From an uncultured Gammaproteobacteria bacterium (GTDB lineage: Bacteria > Patescibacteriota > Patescibacteriia > UBA9934 > CAZDDW01), in assembly GCA_964504365.1 (NCBI GenBank), contig CAZDDW010000001.1, positions 68,293-132,292 on the forward strand: a DNA stretch of 64,000 nucleotides, read 5' to 3'. Shown piece after piece: positions 20,201-29,505 of the stretch; position 1 is the first letter of the stretch; each line of letters begins with the position of its first letter. The notes beneath the pieces are model-generated. The model did no database searches and had not been told where the DNA came from. It saw only the letters and a list, made by a program, of their open reading frames with translations. The position numbers were made by a program, and so were the translations under genes.

Positions 20201-23200
20201 GACGTTGGTTGTGACGAGTTTACAAATTTAGATTCTATAGATCTTGGTGGAGAGGGGTTGGAATACTATACATATTTGCGTGCTTGTACTAGCGCAGATG
20301 ATACAACTGAAGAAGCCACATTCTTTAGCTGGGAAGGCTCAGCTCAAACCGGCTACCAGTTGGTTAGTTGGGATTTGTTGGAATCGGATCTTGGTTCAGC
20401 TACAAAAACATTTGCAGAAAGTGGTGTAGAAGAAGTTAATGTTGGGGCCGCACCATGTATTAATCCAGTTTTATCTGATGAGACAACTTTGGTCTGTGAC
20501 GATGTTAATTATCAGGACGAAGACGGAAATAATGGTTGGACTGCAATTAGTTTGAATTCAGACTGTGATGAGCATGATGATATTTTTGATAATCCTGACT
20601 GCCGTGAATTCTATGACAGTGATGGAAATATCCACTATCGCGAGTTCTCTTTGACAGCCACGATCACTGACCAGTGCCATCCTTACCGAAAGAGCGAGTC
20701 TGCAGAGGAGGACTGTGACGGGTCTGGTGGTTATTGGACTGCTGGTGGCGAGTGTCGTTATCTTGGTTACATTGACGAGAGCACTACTTGTACCGAATCA
20801 GCTAATGGATGCCGATCATATACCGGAGGAGCTGGCCGTAATGCAACCACGATTTTCAGCGATGATGTTGAAGACGATTCTCTTGAAGAATGGTTTGGTA
20901 CAGCTGATGCTGTGATTTCAAACGAATCAGTTGCGGCCGGTGGTCATTCGATTCATGTAACTTCTGGAACCTTGGATCTACTTTACTTGATTGAGGATGA
21001 TGCAACAGATTGTGAAGAAGGCGAGGTTTGTGATCTAGAAGACCCGGCAGGTACTGGGGCCAACTGTGAGATTATTGGATCTGAAGATTTGGATGACTGT
21101 GGTTCATTGGTTGGTGCTTTGGTTCAAGGCAAAACTTACATTTTATCTTTCTGGGCCAAGGGTACAGAAGGAATTGGTGCTCGATTTATTGCTGATGGAG
21201 GTAATGGTGATTTTGAAACTTTTGAAGACGAGCTAGTTGATTTGTCTACTGGCTGGCAGCTTTATGAACTTGGTCCATTAGATACTACAGATTTTGAAGA
21301 TTTTGATGACACGGCCTTGTTGCGTATTCGTGGCACAGGTGAATACTATATTGATAATATTTACCTCAAAGAAGTTGAAGACAGTATCACTTTGATCAAA
21401 GATTCCTGGGTTACTCCATCAACTTGTGACGAAACACCGGAAGGAGTTGAGGCTGAACAGTTCTACCTTGGTTGTGAGGAATATTCTGATGGAGCTGGTG
21501 ATGATTTTTATCTGTACCGTTTCTCAAACATTTGTAGCGAGAGTGCTGTTGGTTGTGAATCATTCTTTACAACTCAGAATTCTGAATCTACTTTTGCTCA
21601 GGCTTATAATGTGACTTGTAGCACTGTTGGAGGAGGAATAGTTAGCACACCAACGGCTTGTGAGATGAGCGGACAGACTGTTTGTACAATTGGTGTTTCA
21701 CAAAGCAGCTGTCAGTTTGACTGGGATGGTGCCTTGCCTAATCCGTTACCGATAGACGGGCATATTTCACTTGGTCCAGAAGCTGTGGTTGTTCCAAATG
21801 ATATTGATGTTTTCTTAATTAACGACAGCTCAGCCACTTGTTCATCAACTTACATGGGTTGTACTGAGTTTGGTCAACCAACGTTTAATCAGGACAAGTC
21901 TGAGGTAACTGAGTTTGAGTCGATTTATTTATACGATTTGCCAGATGAATATGAGACCACGTTGTGTAACCACGAAGCTTTGTTCTGTGAGGCGTGGGAA
22001 ACAACTGCTGATGGAAATTTCTACTTTAAGGATCCGATTGACCAAACGTGTGAATGGAAAGATTCAGCTACTATTAATAATCAAACTTATTATGGTTGGT
22101 TCCGTGCTGGCACAAATGATCCATGTTATTACACAGACGAAAATGACAAGGTTGGTAGTGCATATTTGATTGCTGGGGAAGAGTTTGGTGTTTGGCGCAA
22201 TGGTGATGACGATTTTGCTGGTTGGGCAGCCGAGTGTGGTTCTCAACACGATCGTTGTACTGAATTCCTGGATCCAGTTGATACTTCTGAAGGCGACTTC
22301 CCACAAGGTGTGCCTTACTATTATGTAAATAATGATGAGCTGTCTGAGGAAAGCCTGGCCACATCACAGCAGTGTAGCGGCGAGGTAAGTCAGAACTTTG
22401 GCTGCATTCTATTTGATAACACAACTGACTCAGAGCTGCGTTATAACGCTAGCGCTTCTTACGTCTCCTCGGTCCGGGCTGACTTGCTTTTCGGTGATGC
22501 TCAGTATTCACCACAAACGCCAATCACCTGTGACACTGATTACGGCGGACAGATTGATACACCAGACTTAGGTACAGTTGATCTTTGCTGGAGCCAATGT
22601 CGTTACCCGGATTACACCGGTATCATGAATCGATTTAATCGAGATGATGTCTTTAATTCAAACTATACCTTTACAACTTCTTGTGTTGTTGATTTAGATT
22701 GTCCTCCAACCCAAGATCCTTGGGGCAATGAAGTTTCTGGAGAATGTGTGCTTTTGGATGGTGAACCAACCCCGGCTGCTGATATGCCAACAGATAAGTT
22801 GGTTAATGATACAAATACAATTTTGAAAGTTTACCGCGACCGTGAGTGTGCTGAGTGGTTAGCATGTTCCTCATATTCTTATAACTGGGACGAGAAGTCA
22901 GGAAGTTGGAAAAAGGTTTGTGCGGATTTGCGGTCTTGTAATGATTACAATGGTTATGGTGATAGTGCGACCTGTACAAATTTCCCAGTGCTTGATCCAG
23001 ATCCTTTGACCATGGCTGATTACGCTGCCCGTGACACAACTTGGTTTGGTCATGACTATTCCGGCTTCACTATTCCAGACAGTATTCCGGTTGATTTCTT
23101 GGATCAAGTAAACCTGACCCCGTCTGGGCAGTGTCACAATGGTATTAATTTTACAACACGAACTGGTCACGATGGTGAGCCTTGGCCTAGATCATGTGCG

Positions 23201-26200
23201 GCTGATGACGATTGTTCGACTGGTACTTGTGAGGCAAACTCCGAAAGTGATTATAGATTAGCTTATGTGGCCGGGTCGTGTGATGAAGATAATGGGGAGC
23301 TGTGTACTTTAGGAATTTGTTCTGACACTGGTGAGGCCTGTGCTGAGGATTCTGAGTGTAATAATAACGACTGTGTGGTTGGTTATTGTAAGCGCACATG
23401 GATTGGTTCTAGTTGTCTTGAGAATTCTGATTGTGTTGGCCAAGGTTATGGGCATCTGACTTCTTGTGATAACGGAGTATGTGTAAATGACCCTGATGAC
23501 GAACAGACTGGGACCTGTACAGTTGATGCTAACTGTCAGGGTGAGCTTGATCGTGATGGTGATGGAATAAATGATATTTTTGCCGAGTGTGCTTTGTATG
23601 AAGAGTCACACGTCGGAGCCTGTAGTAATAGTCAGTGTATTATCGATCAATACGGCGATGCCTTTAGTATTAATAATTCTGAAGAGGTTGAGTGCCGTGG
23701 TTACCCAGAAGCTGATGCCCCGTTCCCACATGACTTGGTTACGGAGTGGAAAGGTTTTGTTCGGAACCCGGATCCAGTTGTGAGCTATGACACCTTACAA
23801 AGTTTACTTGAATCGAATAATCATGATCAAAGTAATATTGCTGATGCTGTGCCGTACGATTTAACATATAGCTATTCGAATGTAAACATTTGTGGTCCAA
23901 ACGATGAAGATTGTCTGTGCTCATACAACAAGGCCAGTTTTGGTAACGGTATTTATACACGTTACTTTGAAGCTGGTCGGACATTGAGTGAGGTTCAGGA
24001 TGATGCTGGAGACGGTTTAGGTTTCCAAGGTATTTGTATGGGTGGAACTCAGGAGGGTAAGAAGTGTTCTGATGATTCTGGTTGTGGTGGTGATTTTGCC
24101 ACTTGTCAGATTATTACCAACTATGACACCCACATGGGTTGGGAAGGTTATTGTTTGGAGCGTGATAGTTCGATTAACCGTTGGGGAAATCAAGATGGTC
24201 CAGGGGTATGTCTGACTTGGCTACCAGTTGATCAGCTGGTTGGTTCAACTGATTTGTACGGTAAGTACACTGAAGCCGGCTTCCCGTTGGAGAATGAATA
24301 TTATTGTGTTGAGACCGGGTACTATCGTGACTTCTATACAGCGGGTATTAGTATGGACGAGGATGGTATTCCTCAAACAAGCGTAAATACACAGATTGCT
24401 TGTGCTTCTACGCAATATGGTGAATATCGACGAGATGATGATTGGTGGGATCTTGATCCACAAGATAGGGTTCCAGACAATGCCTTGAATGGCTGTTGGC
24501 AGTATGTCTACTGCCCTGAGGGTTATAAGGGAATTGTTGCTTTTCCAGTAGACCAAGATGATGGTTATCAGGATGGATATAATACCAGGTGTATGGATGA
24601 CGACGATGGTGGTACTAATGACTTCTATGGTGATGATGCTGGAAACGGTTGGCACGATTGTCCATATATTTGTATCCCGAATGACTCTTATACTCCTGCG
24701 GGAGAAAGTTGTGAACAAGAATGGAACACGAGTTTTAACAGAGACTTTGATGCTAGCGGAACTGTGGAAGAAGATGAAGAAGAATCATATTTTGGTACAC
24801 CAGTGAAATGGGCTGTAAAGTTGGGCGATGATGATGGTGTGCTGAATACCTTTAATTGGCATCGTTGTGTGCGCCGAGGTGTGCCAGTTGCTCGAGATGT
24901 AACTGATTATGAAATGGATTGGCATACAGCTTTCTGGGTTGGTGATCCAACTGATCCTGGTGTACAAGTTGGAGGAAAATACGTTGCTGGTCAAACCGAA
25001 GAAGAGTGTTATGATGCTGCCAGTTTGCATGAATTAGATTGTGAGCTTCTGAGTGAAGCGGTTTATCCGGATGATTGGCCAACGCCAGGTATGGGATTAG
25101 ACTTCTCGTGTTTTTACTCAGAGGATGAGTTGGTATGTGATGATAATCGTGAGGGGTTGGCGTTTGGTAGGCTCGCAGCGACAAATCATGTTGGGTTCTG
25201 GGGGCTTGATTACACAAATATAAATGTAAACGCTGGCGATGACACTGGAGCATTCTATGAATATCTTGGTTGTTTTGCCATGGCTCAAGTTGCCACTGAT
25301 GATATGTCATCAAACAACAAGGCTTACACGCAGCGCTTGTTGTATGATGGTGATGACAGTTATGCCACACAAGAACCAGGTGATGGAGTTTATAATAACC
25401 TGTACATTACTAAGGACGATGGTAATCCGTCATATTCACCAGCCGGTGCCCTGCCTTTTGAAGATTATTTTGAACCAAAATCAACTCACCAGGCCGGGAC
25501 CTTATATATCTTTGATAAAGACATGTTCTATAACGACCCTGATTTGGTAGATGATGAAGACGTTGATTCAGGCCCAATTCCTGTTTTGGCCTGTGATGAT
25601 GGAACCGAGGCTCTGGGTGCAATTGGATTGCATACGGTTTATGACGAAGGAACTGATTGTGATGGCGACGACATTGGTTTTTATCCAACGAATTATCAGT
25701 GGTCATTTATTGACAATGATAATCTATTGACTTCACTTGGTTTGTCTTATGAAGTGTTAAGGGGTACAGACGAGGCACAGATTGAAGACCGCGCTCAAGG
25801 AGCGTATGCAAACACTTTTGATGACATCGGGCAAGCTGAGAACATGCAGTCATCGTATGAATTATTGGGGCAGTTCTTCAATAAGGTTTTTGAAATTTTC
25901 TTGTGGGAATGGAAAGTCGAGAATGATAATTTCCAAGACATTGCACCACAGGCTGGCCAAGGAGCATACTTCAGTCTTGATGATTGTGTTGCAGATGATA
26001 ATTGTGAGCTATATTTTCCTGGAAGGCAGCAAGCCTTTGACGGTGAGTTTGACGATGGTACGCCGTTTGATTTTGCTGGAGTGGAAGATCTGATGTTTGG
26101 AAAGAGCTATGCATATGATCAGGATCCGGTGCTAGAAAATCCGCAAGATTATGAAACTGAACCAACTGCGCCGACAACGGTTTCGCTTGGGCAGTGTTGG

Positions 26201-26890
26201 GGAAGTTATTGTCGTGAGGATGAAGAAGACGAGATAACTTTGAATGATCAGGATCATGGAAACTATACGATTGGTGGTGGTGCGGCTCATGTGACCATGG
26301 AATTCTTTATTAAGGCTGATCCAAACCAATTCCCAATCCGTAATATTATTGTTGATTGGGGTGATGAAAGCACTCTGGTTGGAAGCCAAGAGCCTGATAA
26401 TTTCTACAAAGCTTATCGAGGTTTGCAAAGTGGTGAGCAAGAGAACAGTATTTGTAGTGCTGAGGGTGCTTGGGGCGAGACTTCAGAATCATGTATTTCT
26501 GGATACGTGACTTATGTTCATGATTACGTTTGTCCGCAGTGGTGGTTGGATGATGAAGCAAGGGATGAGTGTGAGTATCATGATGCTCCGGATGGTAAAG
26601 AGATTGTTCTGAATGCCCCGTGTAAGGATGCTAGTGGGTCATACTGTGTTTACCAACCACGCGTGCATATTCGTGATAACTGGGGTTATTGTTCTGGTTA
26701 TTGTGAAGGTGGAGATGATTTAGGTGGTGATCTTTGTTATGATGGTCTGAACGCAGGTGCCGGATATAATGAGTGTGATTTAGATTGTCCAAGCGGCAAC
26801 TGTCCTAAGGCGCTATTCTATGGGGATGATGCAGATTATGATAACCCATGGGTCTACTACGATGGTCAAGTAATGGTAAGTCCAAATTAA
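17294..26890 (+). CDS. giant (3198 aa) secreted/surface Cys-rich repeat protein
   Basis: Uninterrupted 9.6-kb ORF with an N-terminal signal/TM segment. Recurring xGC(E/D/R/T)x(F/Y/L)T Cys motif, for example NAGCRWYRT, EVGCELYTP, DVGCDEFTN, ANGCRSYTG, AVGCESFFT, YMGCTEFGQ. Opposite-strand ORFs are short and spurious. Confidence 0.75.
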   Translation: MFGLRKSIKKFLVATVLSLFLFLSTASGFLLFAEQTNAQTDDALIGVEQGIRGVVSPLSDPAQNLADIVKTVRKEIIKTKLTIALKTVLVNLFSFVLNRLAYDAATYLAAGATGQEPGFEYKNAGEYFADLGLDVATSAFDSLGEVLDEAFEIEFDICDPGNPMVKLGLQFGIASAYQRPEPRCDWSEFTSNWEASLASFQDYALLGENPSEYFIKEFKKAYSPGQSQLDASIKTNVRVHEKVWQAKTRDFSKSLSQGGFKDVTDYISGNIKTPGVLLQEQVEEELVRQKNEPDKEAWKAIINDKEWLANSGLSMGSVFLNTFLSKLMSGIYSGLVEPDPTDFDYFDMDDVTVGTGGREAAEEAYSDLLTAEFLPLDDFNALNELVACPGSDSRNLFNCAADTSLTTALSRAESGAPMTVQEALEEGLLHGEWPLYPSDDFGSNQDPYCYTYGYCYGNLVKMRKFRIIPVGWEIAANSPYNTSTNPITLQEVVDGFNDCGPDGAIGPNYPWCHLIDPNWVLKAPQSSCPFAAPGELLASSMTGIRLPSCADMTTCIAEDQEGNCVGGEAYCTREKNTWRFRGDECPEEYASCLSFTNANTNELGDWLLNTVDFDSCTADNAGCRWYRTNKYLDDESYEWLPAETEYITFDEDIDTEAYLDRRYLNNDALECSEDNAGCTQLIEKGDDVVLNVVANPSFEDDENDDGLPDAWNNLTEDTYQEDESGSVYGLDYITSTDNLIYITQENIVLSASRFYTFSFYANETDASIPNDTVVWISLDDKDDPTNIVSLEGTAILGDCELDPNDFSNVALGIEDIGDDPERFECTFTTPAFDTFATIWIYTAEGEHAFDAFQLEEGSVLHDYQAGYGDATLAYEYLLMPPAYLGCTGAETDPEECANYAQMCTSQEVGCELYTPADGDPSVPAIVSELDECPSECVGYDTYKQEATLYDDEDFPLYFIPDTANSCTESDVGCDEFTNLDSIDLGGEGLEYYTYLRACTSADDTTEEATFFSWEGSAQTGYQLVSWDLLESDLGSATKTFAESGVEEVNVGAAPCINPVLSDETTLVCDDVNYQDEDGNNGWTAISLNSDCDEHDDIFDNPDCREFYDSDGNIHYREFSLTATITDQCHPYRKSESAEEDCDGSGGYWTAGGECRYLGYIDESTTCTESANGCRSYTGGAGRNATTIFSDDVEDDSLEEWFGTADAVISNESVAAGGHSIHVTSGTLDLLYLIEDDATDCEEGEVCDLEDPAGTGANCEIIGSEDLDDCGSLVGALVQGKTYILSFWAKGTEGIGARFIADGGNGDFETFEDELVDLSTGWQLYELGPLDTTDFEDFDDTALLRIRGTGEYYIDNIYLKEVEDSITLIKDSWVTPSTCDETPEGVEAEQFYLGCEEYSDGAGDDFYLYRFSNICSESAVGCESFFTTQNSESTFAQAYNVTCSTVGGGIVSTPTACEMSGQTVCTIGVSQSSCQFDWDGALPNPLPIDGHISLGPEAVVVPNDIDVFLINDSSATCSSTYMGCTEFGQPTFNQDKSEVTEFESIYLYDLPDEYETTLCNHEALFCEAWETTADGNFYFKDPIDQTCEWKDSATINNQTYYGWFRAGTNDPCYYTDENDKVGSAYLIAGEEFGVWRNGDDDFAGWAAECGSQHDRCTEFLDPVDTSEGDFPQGVPYYYVNNDELSEESLATSQQCSGEVSQNFGCILFDNTTDSELRYNASASYVSSVRADLLFGDAQYSPQTPITCDTDYGGQIDTPDLGTVDLCWSQCRYPDYTGIMNRFNRDDVFNSNYTFTTSCVVDLDCPPTQDPWGNEVSGECVLLDGEPTPAADMPTDKLVNDTNTILKVYRDRECAEWLACSSYSYNWDEKSGSWKKVCADLRSCNDYNGYGDSATCTNFPVLDPDPLTMADYAARDTTWFGHDYSGFTIPDSIPVDFLDQVNLTPSGQCHNGINFTTRTGHDGEPWPRSCAADDDCSTGTCEANSESDYRLAYVAGSCDEDNGELCTLGICSDTGEACAEDSECNNNDCVVGYCKRTWIGSSCLENSDCVGQGYGHLTSCDNGVCVNDPDDEQTGTCTVDANCQGELDRDGDGINDIFAECALYEESHVGACSNSQCIIDQYGDAFSINNSEEVECRGYPEADAPFPHDLVTEWKGFVRNPDPVVSYDTLQSLLESNNHDQSNIADAVPYDLTYSYSNVNICGPNDEDCLCSYNKASFGNGIYTRYFEAGRTLSEVQDDAGDGLGFQGICMGGTQEGKKCSDDSGCGGDFATCQIITNYDTHMGWEGYCLERDSSINRWGNQDGPGVCLTWLPVDQLVGSTDLYGKYTEAGFPLENEYYCVETGYYRDFYTAGISMDEDGIPQTSVNTQIACASTQYGEYRRDDDWWDLDPQDRVPDNALNGCWQYVYCPEGYKGIVAFPVDQDDGYQDGYNTRCMDDDDGGTNDFYGDDAGNGWHDCPYICIPNDSYTPAGESCEQEWNTSFNRDFDASGTVEEDEEESYFGTPVKWAVKLGDDDGVLNTFNWHRCVRRGVPVARDVTDYEMDWHTAFWVGDPTDPGVQVGGKYVAGQTEEECYDAASLHELDCELLSEAVYPDDWPTPGMGLDFSCFYSEDELVCDDNREGLAFGRLAATNHVGFWGLDYTNINVNAGDDTGAFYEYLGCFAMAQVATDDMSSNNKAYTQRLLYDGDDSYATQEPGDGVYNNLYITKDDGNPSYSPAGALPFEDYFEPKSTHQAGTLYIFDKDMFYNDPDLVDDEDVDSGPIPVLACDDGTEALGAIGLHTVYDEGTDCDGDDIGFYPTNYQWSFIDNDNLLTSLGLSYEVLRGTDEAQIEDRAQGAYANTFDDIGQAENMQSSYELLGQFFNKVFEIFLWEWKVENDNFQDIAPQAGQGAYFSLDDCVADDNCELYFPGRQQAFDGEFDDGTPFDFAGVEDLMFGKSYAYDQDPVLENPQDYETEPTAPTTVSLGQCWGSYCREDEEDEITLNDQDHGNYTIGGGAAHVTMEFFIKADPNQFPIRNIIVDWGDESTLVGSQEPDNFYKAYRGLQSGEQENSICSAEGAWGETSESCISGYVTYVHDYVCPQWWLDDEARDECEYHDAPDGKEIVLNAPCKDASGSYCVYQPRVHIRDNWGYCSGYCEGGDDLGGDLCYDGLNAGAGYNECDLDCPSGNCPKALFYGDDADYDNPWVYYDGQVMVSPN

Positions 26891-26903
26891 AATAAAAAAA
26901 GAA

Positions 26904-26929
26904 GGGGCGACCTTCATGGTCGCCCTTTT
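26904..26929 (+). terminator. intrinsic terminator after the giant gene
   Basis: GGGCGACC-TTCATG-GGTCGCCC followed by TTTT. Confidence 0.7.
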
Positions 26930-26976
26930 ATGTTTGTAATAAACGGGCACCCATGAAGGGTGCCCCTACGTCTATT

Positions 26977-27007
26977 AAAATAAAAAACCCGGCATATTTC
27001 AGCCGGG
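26977..27007 (-). terminator. intrinsic terminator for the minus-strand lipoprotein gene
   Basis: CCCGGC-ATATTTCA-GCCGGG, with a T-run on the minus strand (A-run on the plus strand). Confidence 0.6.
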
Positions 27008-27056
27008 GCCAGGAGGGGCCCATGAGAAGCCCCGCGGAGAATTCGCTCGTTCACCG

Positions 27057-27743
27057 CTACTTGAGGTAGCAATGAGTCACGGTCGGGTAGTCGATCCTGA
27101 ACTCTGACGGGTCGATGTTGATCGTTCCGATGAGCTCGTTGAATGAGGGGCCGAAGTACTCACCGTAGATCGTGTACTCTGCCGAGTCAACAATCGTCAA
27201 GGTGATCTCGTCACCGTTGATGGTGGTCTCGATCTGTTCGGTCGAGACGTAGTCACCAAGCTCGTTGCAGGCGCCGTCGACACCCTCGTACACGTCGTAC
27301 GTGCCGTTCGGGGCCAGACCCCACTCGCCGTCCGGGCCGGACCAGGCAACGGACTCGTACTGTCCGTGCTGGATGATGTTCACGTGCTGATCCAGGAACA
27401 GGGCGTTGTCCGCCTCGAAGGTGATCTCGTGCTCTCCTTGGTGCTCGGTCTGGCAGGTGCAATGGTCCGCGTCGTCACAGGAACCAACCGGCTCACCATT
27501 CTCGAAGGTGAACGCACCCGAGAACCCATCCGGAGCCTCGGCGTAGATGGTGGCCGAGAACGGCGTGGTGTCGTCATCGTCACCGGTGTCGTCGTCGTCC
27601 GTGACGTCGTCGTCATCGTCCGTGTTGGTCACATCGTCGTCATCGTCACCCGGGTTGTCCTCCGGGTCACAGCCGCCGCAGATGATCGTGGTCAGGAACA
27701 GGACCCCCATCAGGAGGGCCAGGATCGTGTGGATCCGAGTCAT
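27057..27743 (-). CDS. lipoprotein with N-terminal poly-Asp linker (high-GC paralog)
   Basis: Signal peptide with Cys (TTIICGGC). DDDDDVTNTDDDDDVTDDDDTGDDDDTT linker. The C-terminal domain is homologous to the 29605-30321 product. About 62% GC. Confidence 0.6.
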   Translation of the reverse strand: MTRIHTILALLMGVLFLTTIICGGCDPEDNPGDDDDDVTNTDDDDDVTDDDDTGDDDDTTPFSATIYAEAPDGFSGAFTFENGEPVGSCDDADHCTCQTEHQGEHEITFEADNALFLDQHVNIIQHGQYESVAWSGPDGEWGLAPNGTYDVYEGVDGACNELGDYVSTEQIETTINGDEITLTIVDSAEYTIYGEYFGPSFNELIGTINIDPSEFRIDYPTVTHCYLK

Positions 27744-27994
27744 GATGTCTTCCTCCGCCCTAGGGGCCGTTTGCCAAAGCGCTCACCATGAGCGAAATGG
27801 AAGGTACTACTTAAAGTTTACCCTAAGTTGACTGAAAATACTAGCATTGATGTTCAATCCTGTCAACCCCTAGCCGCCTTAAATATCCACAGTTTTTCCT
27901 AAGTTAAGCTTAATTTGACACGCGGGATAAATTTATGGTTGACTGGAATAAAGACCTCGCAAGTCCGCGTGGGCTTTTTATTTTGGAGAAAGTC

Positions 27995-28195
27995 ATGAAA
28001 AAGGTAATTTACTTCCTGGTTGTACTGAATTTGGCCCTGTTGGGTTATAGATTGTATCAAGCCCAAGACAGTCGGCAAACGACTGATACCGAAGAAGGTT
28101 TTGGTTACCACGTTGATATAGAGTTGGACGAATTCTCTTTGGCCGGTGCTGCCATGCACACAAGTCTTCTATATGGAGACAACGTATCCGAATAA
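27995..28195 (+). CDS. small hydrophobic/secreted peptide (66 aa) behind a conserved 39-bp leader
   Basis: MKKVIYFLVVLNLALLGYRLY... Preceded by a GGAG RBS inside the repeated leader at 27950-27988. Confidence 0.35.
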   Translation: MKKVIYFLVVLNLALLGYRLYQAQDSRQTTDTEEGFGYHVDIELDEFSLAGAAMHTSLLYGDNVSE

Positions 28196-28265
28196 TTAAT
28201 TTTATTCGGATTTTTATTAAGTACTAAAAATGTGCCACCTGATGGTGACACACAAAAGATCATCG

Positions 28266-28961
28266 TTATTTGATCAGCTCAGTCCATGTGGTAGTGCACG
28301 ATGAATAGATCGGGTTTTGGCTTAGTTTCGTAAACAACTTTCGGTTGAAGGCAGTATCATTTTCTGTGGAAGTACACAGATCACCCAACAAGTAGTCTAC
28401 ATCCAAGGCCAAAGCCAGTTCACATTCGTGGTAATAAGCTTCTCGTTCCGCTTTCCAGTATTCAGTGCAAATAGCTGGATCGACATCTTTCGGCCGGTTA
28501 CCGGCCAAGAAGATACCCCGTTGTTCTTCTGATTCAGCCCGCACCCATTGCTGGTAGTGAGTATATTCGTGAGAAAGCACTAGCCATAACTTGGGATCAG
28601 TAGGCGAGGCATTTGTTAAAGTGACTTGATCAAAGCTGACTACAGGTATTAGTTGATCACGAGTTACTGCAAATACTGCTACTGTCCCGCTGTGATTGCT
28701 GAAATCCAGACCGATTTCACCCATCATGATTTGTTGGTACAAATCTTGACTGATTTCCGGCTCGGGATGACTGGCAATAATTTGACGCAGGTGTTCTGAA
28801 AGGGAAGCGAAGCCCGATCTGCTTTCAGCTACCTGCGATGCGTCAGTGGTTTGTAGCCCGGACCCCCTCGTCATACCGATTAGGAAGATGATCAGAATAA
28901 GCGGCATGGCTAGCGTGAAGAATTTAAAGTTTCTTGCTTTTTGTTTTTGATGGTGTCTCAC
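28266..28961 (-). CDS. secreted protein with an HExxH zincin-like motif (putative metallopeptidase)
   Basis: N-terminal signal peptide. VLSHEYTHYQQW contains HEYTH, with a downstream Glu. The family is unknown. Confidence 0.4.
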   Translation of the reverse strand: MRHHQKQKARNFKFFTLAMPLILIIFLIGMTRGSGLQTTDASQVAESRSGFASLSEHLRQIIASHPEPEISQDLYQQIMMGEIGLDFSNHSGTVAVFAVTRDQLIPVVSFDQVTLTNASPTDPKLWLVLSHEYTHYQQWVRAESEEQRGIFLAGNRPKDVDPAICTEYWKAEREAYYHECELALALDVDYLLGDLCTSTENDTAFNRKLFTKLSQNPIYSSCTTTWTELIK

Positions 28962-29241
28962 CGCATTCTCCTTTTAGATGAGGCTTGCTAAAGACCTAAC
29001 AAGACAAAGTAGTACAAATAAAGGATTCTGTCAAGGTATTTTTAGCTAAGTTTAGTCAAAAAATGTTGTTGGTGGCTGACAGAAATTTTTTCTTCCTCTA
29101 TAAATTAAGCTCATTTTTCTTGTTAAAAAGTTTTGACAAGAAGTAATAAAAAGAATGGTTTCTTGACAGTGCTGTTTATTCATGTTTGAATCAAACAAAG
29201 ACCTCGCAAGTCCGCGTGGGCTTTTTATTTTGGAGTAAGAA

Positions 29242-29505
29242 ATGGCATACAAGATAAGAATGGTTGCAGAGTACTGCAACATTGTCGCAACCCTAGCTCT
29301 GGTGGTCATCATGACCATCTTGCTGGTCAGGGTGCTGCCGCTTTGTGATGTTACAAGCAGCAGCACGGCACTGATCGAACCTGAAGCAAATACAGAGGAA
29401 ATCGACAGCGTGGCATACTTGGCCAATCTGTGCGATTCCGATGGTGACGAGTGTCGGCCGATTCTGTATCATCCAAGCGGTCACGAACCCCTCAGTTTCG
29501 ATTAG
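29242..29505 (+). CDS. small Cys-containing peptide (87 aa) behind the second copy of the 39-bp leader
   Basis: ATG lies 7 nt after the GGAG of the repeat copy at 29197-29235. N-terminal hydrophobic segment. Overlapping minus-strand ORFs are judged spurious. Confidence 0.35.
   Translation: MAYKIRMVAEYCNIVATLALVVIMTILLVRVLPLCDVTSSSTALIEPEANTEEIDSVAYLANLCDSDGDECRPILYHPSGHEPLSFD

Noticed and set aside
19570-26561. Dozens of short minus-strand and alternate-frame ORFs inside the 9.6-kb giant gene
   Set aside because: His/Gln/Thr-rich low-complexity translations typical of antisense frames of a GC-skewed coding region. The long sense ORF is uninterrupted.
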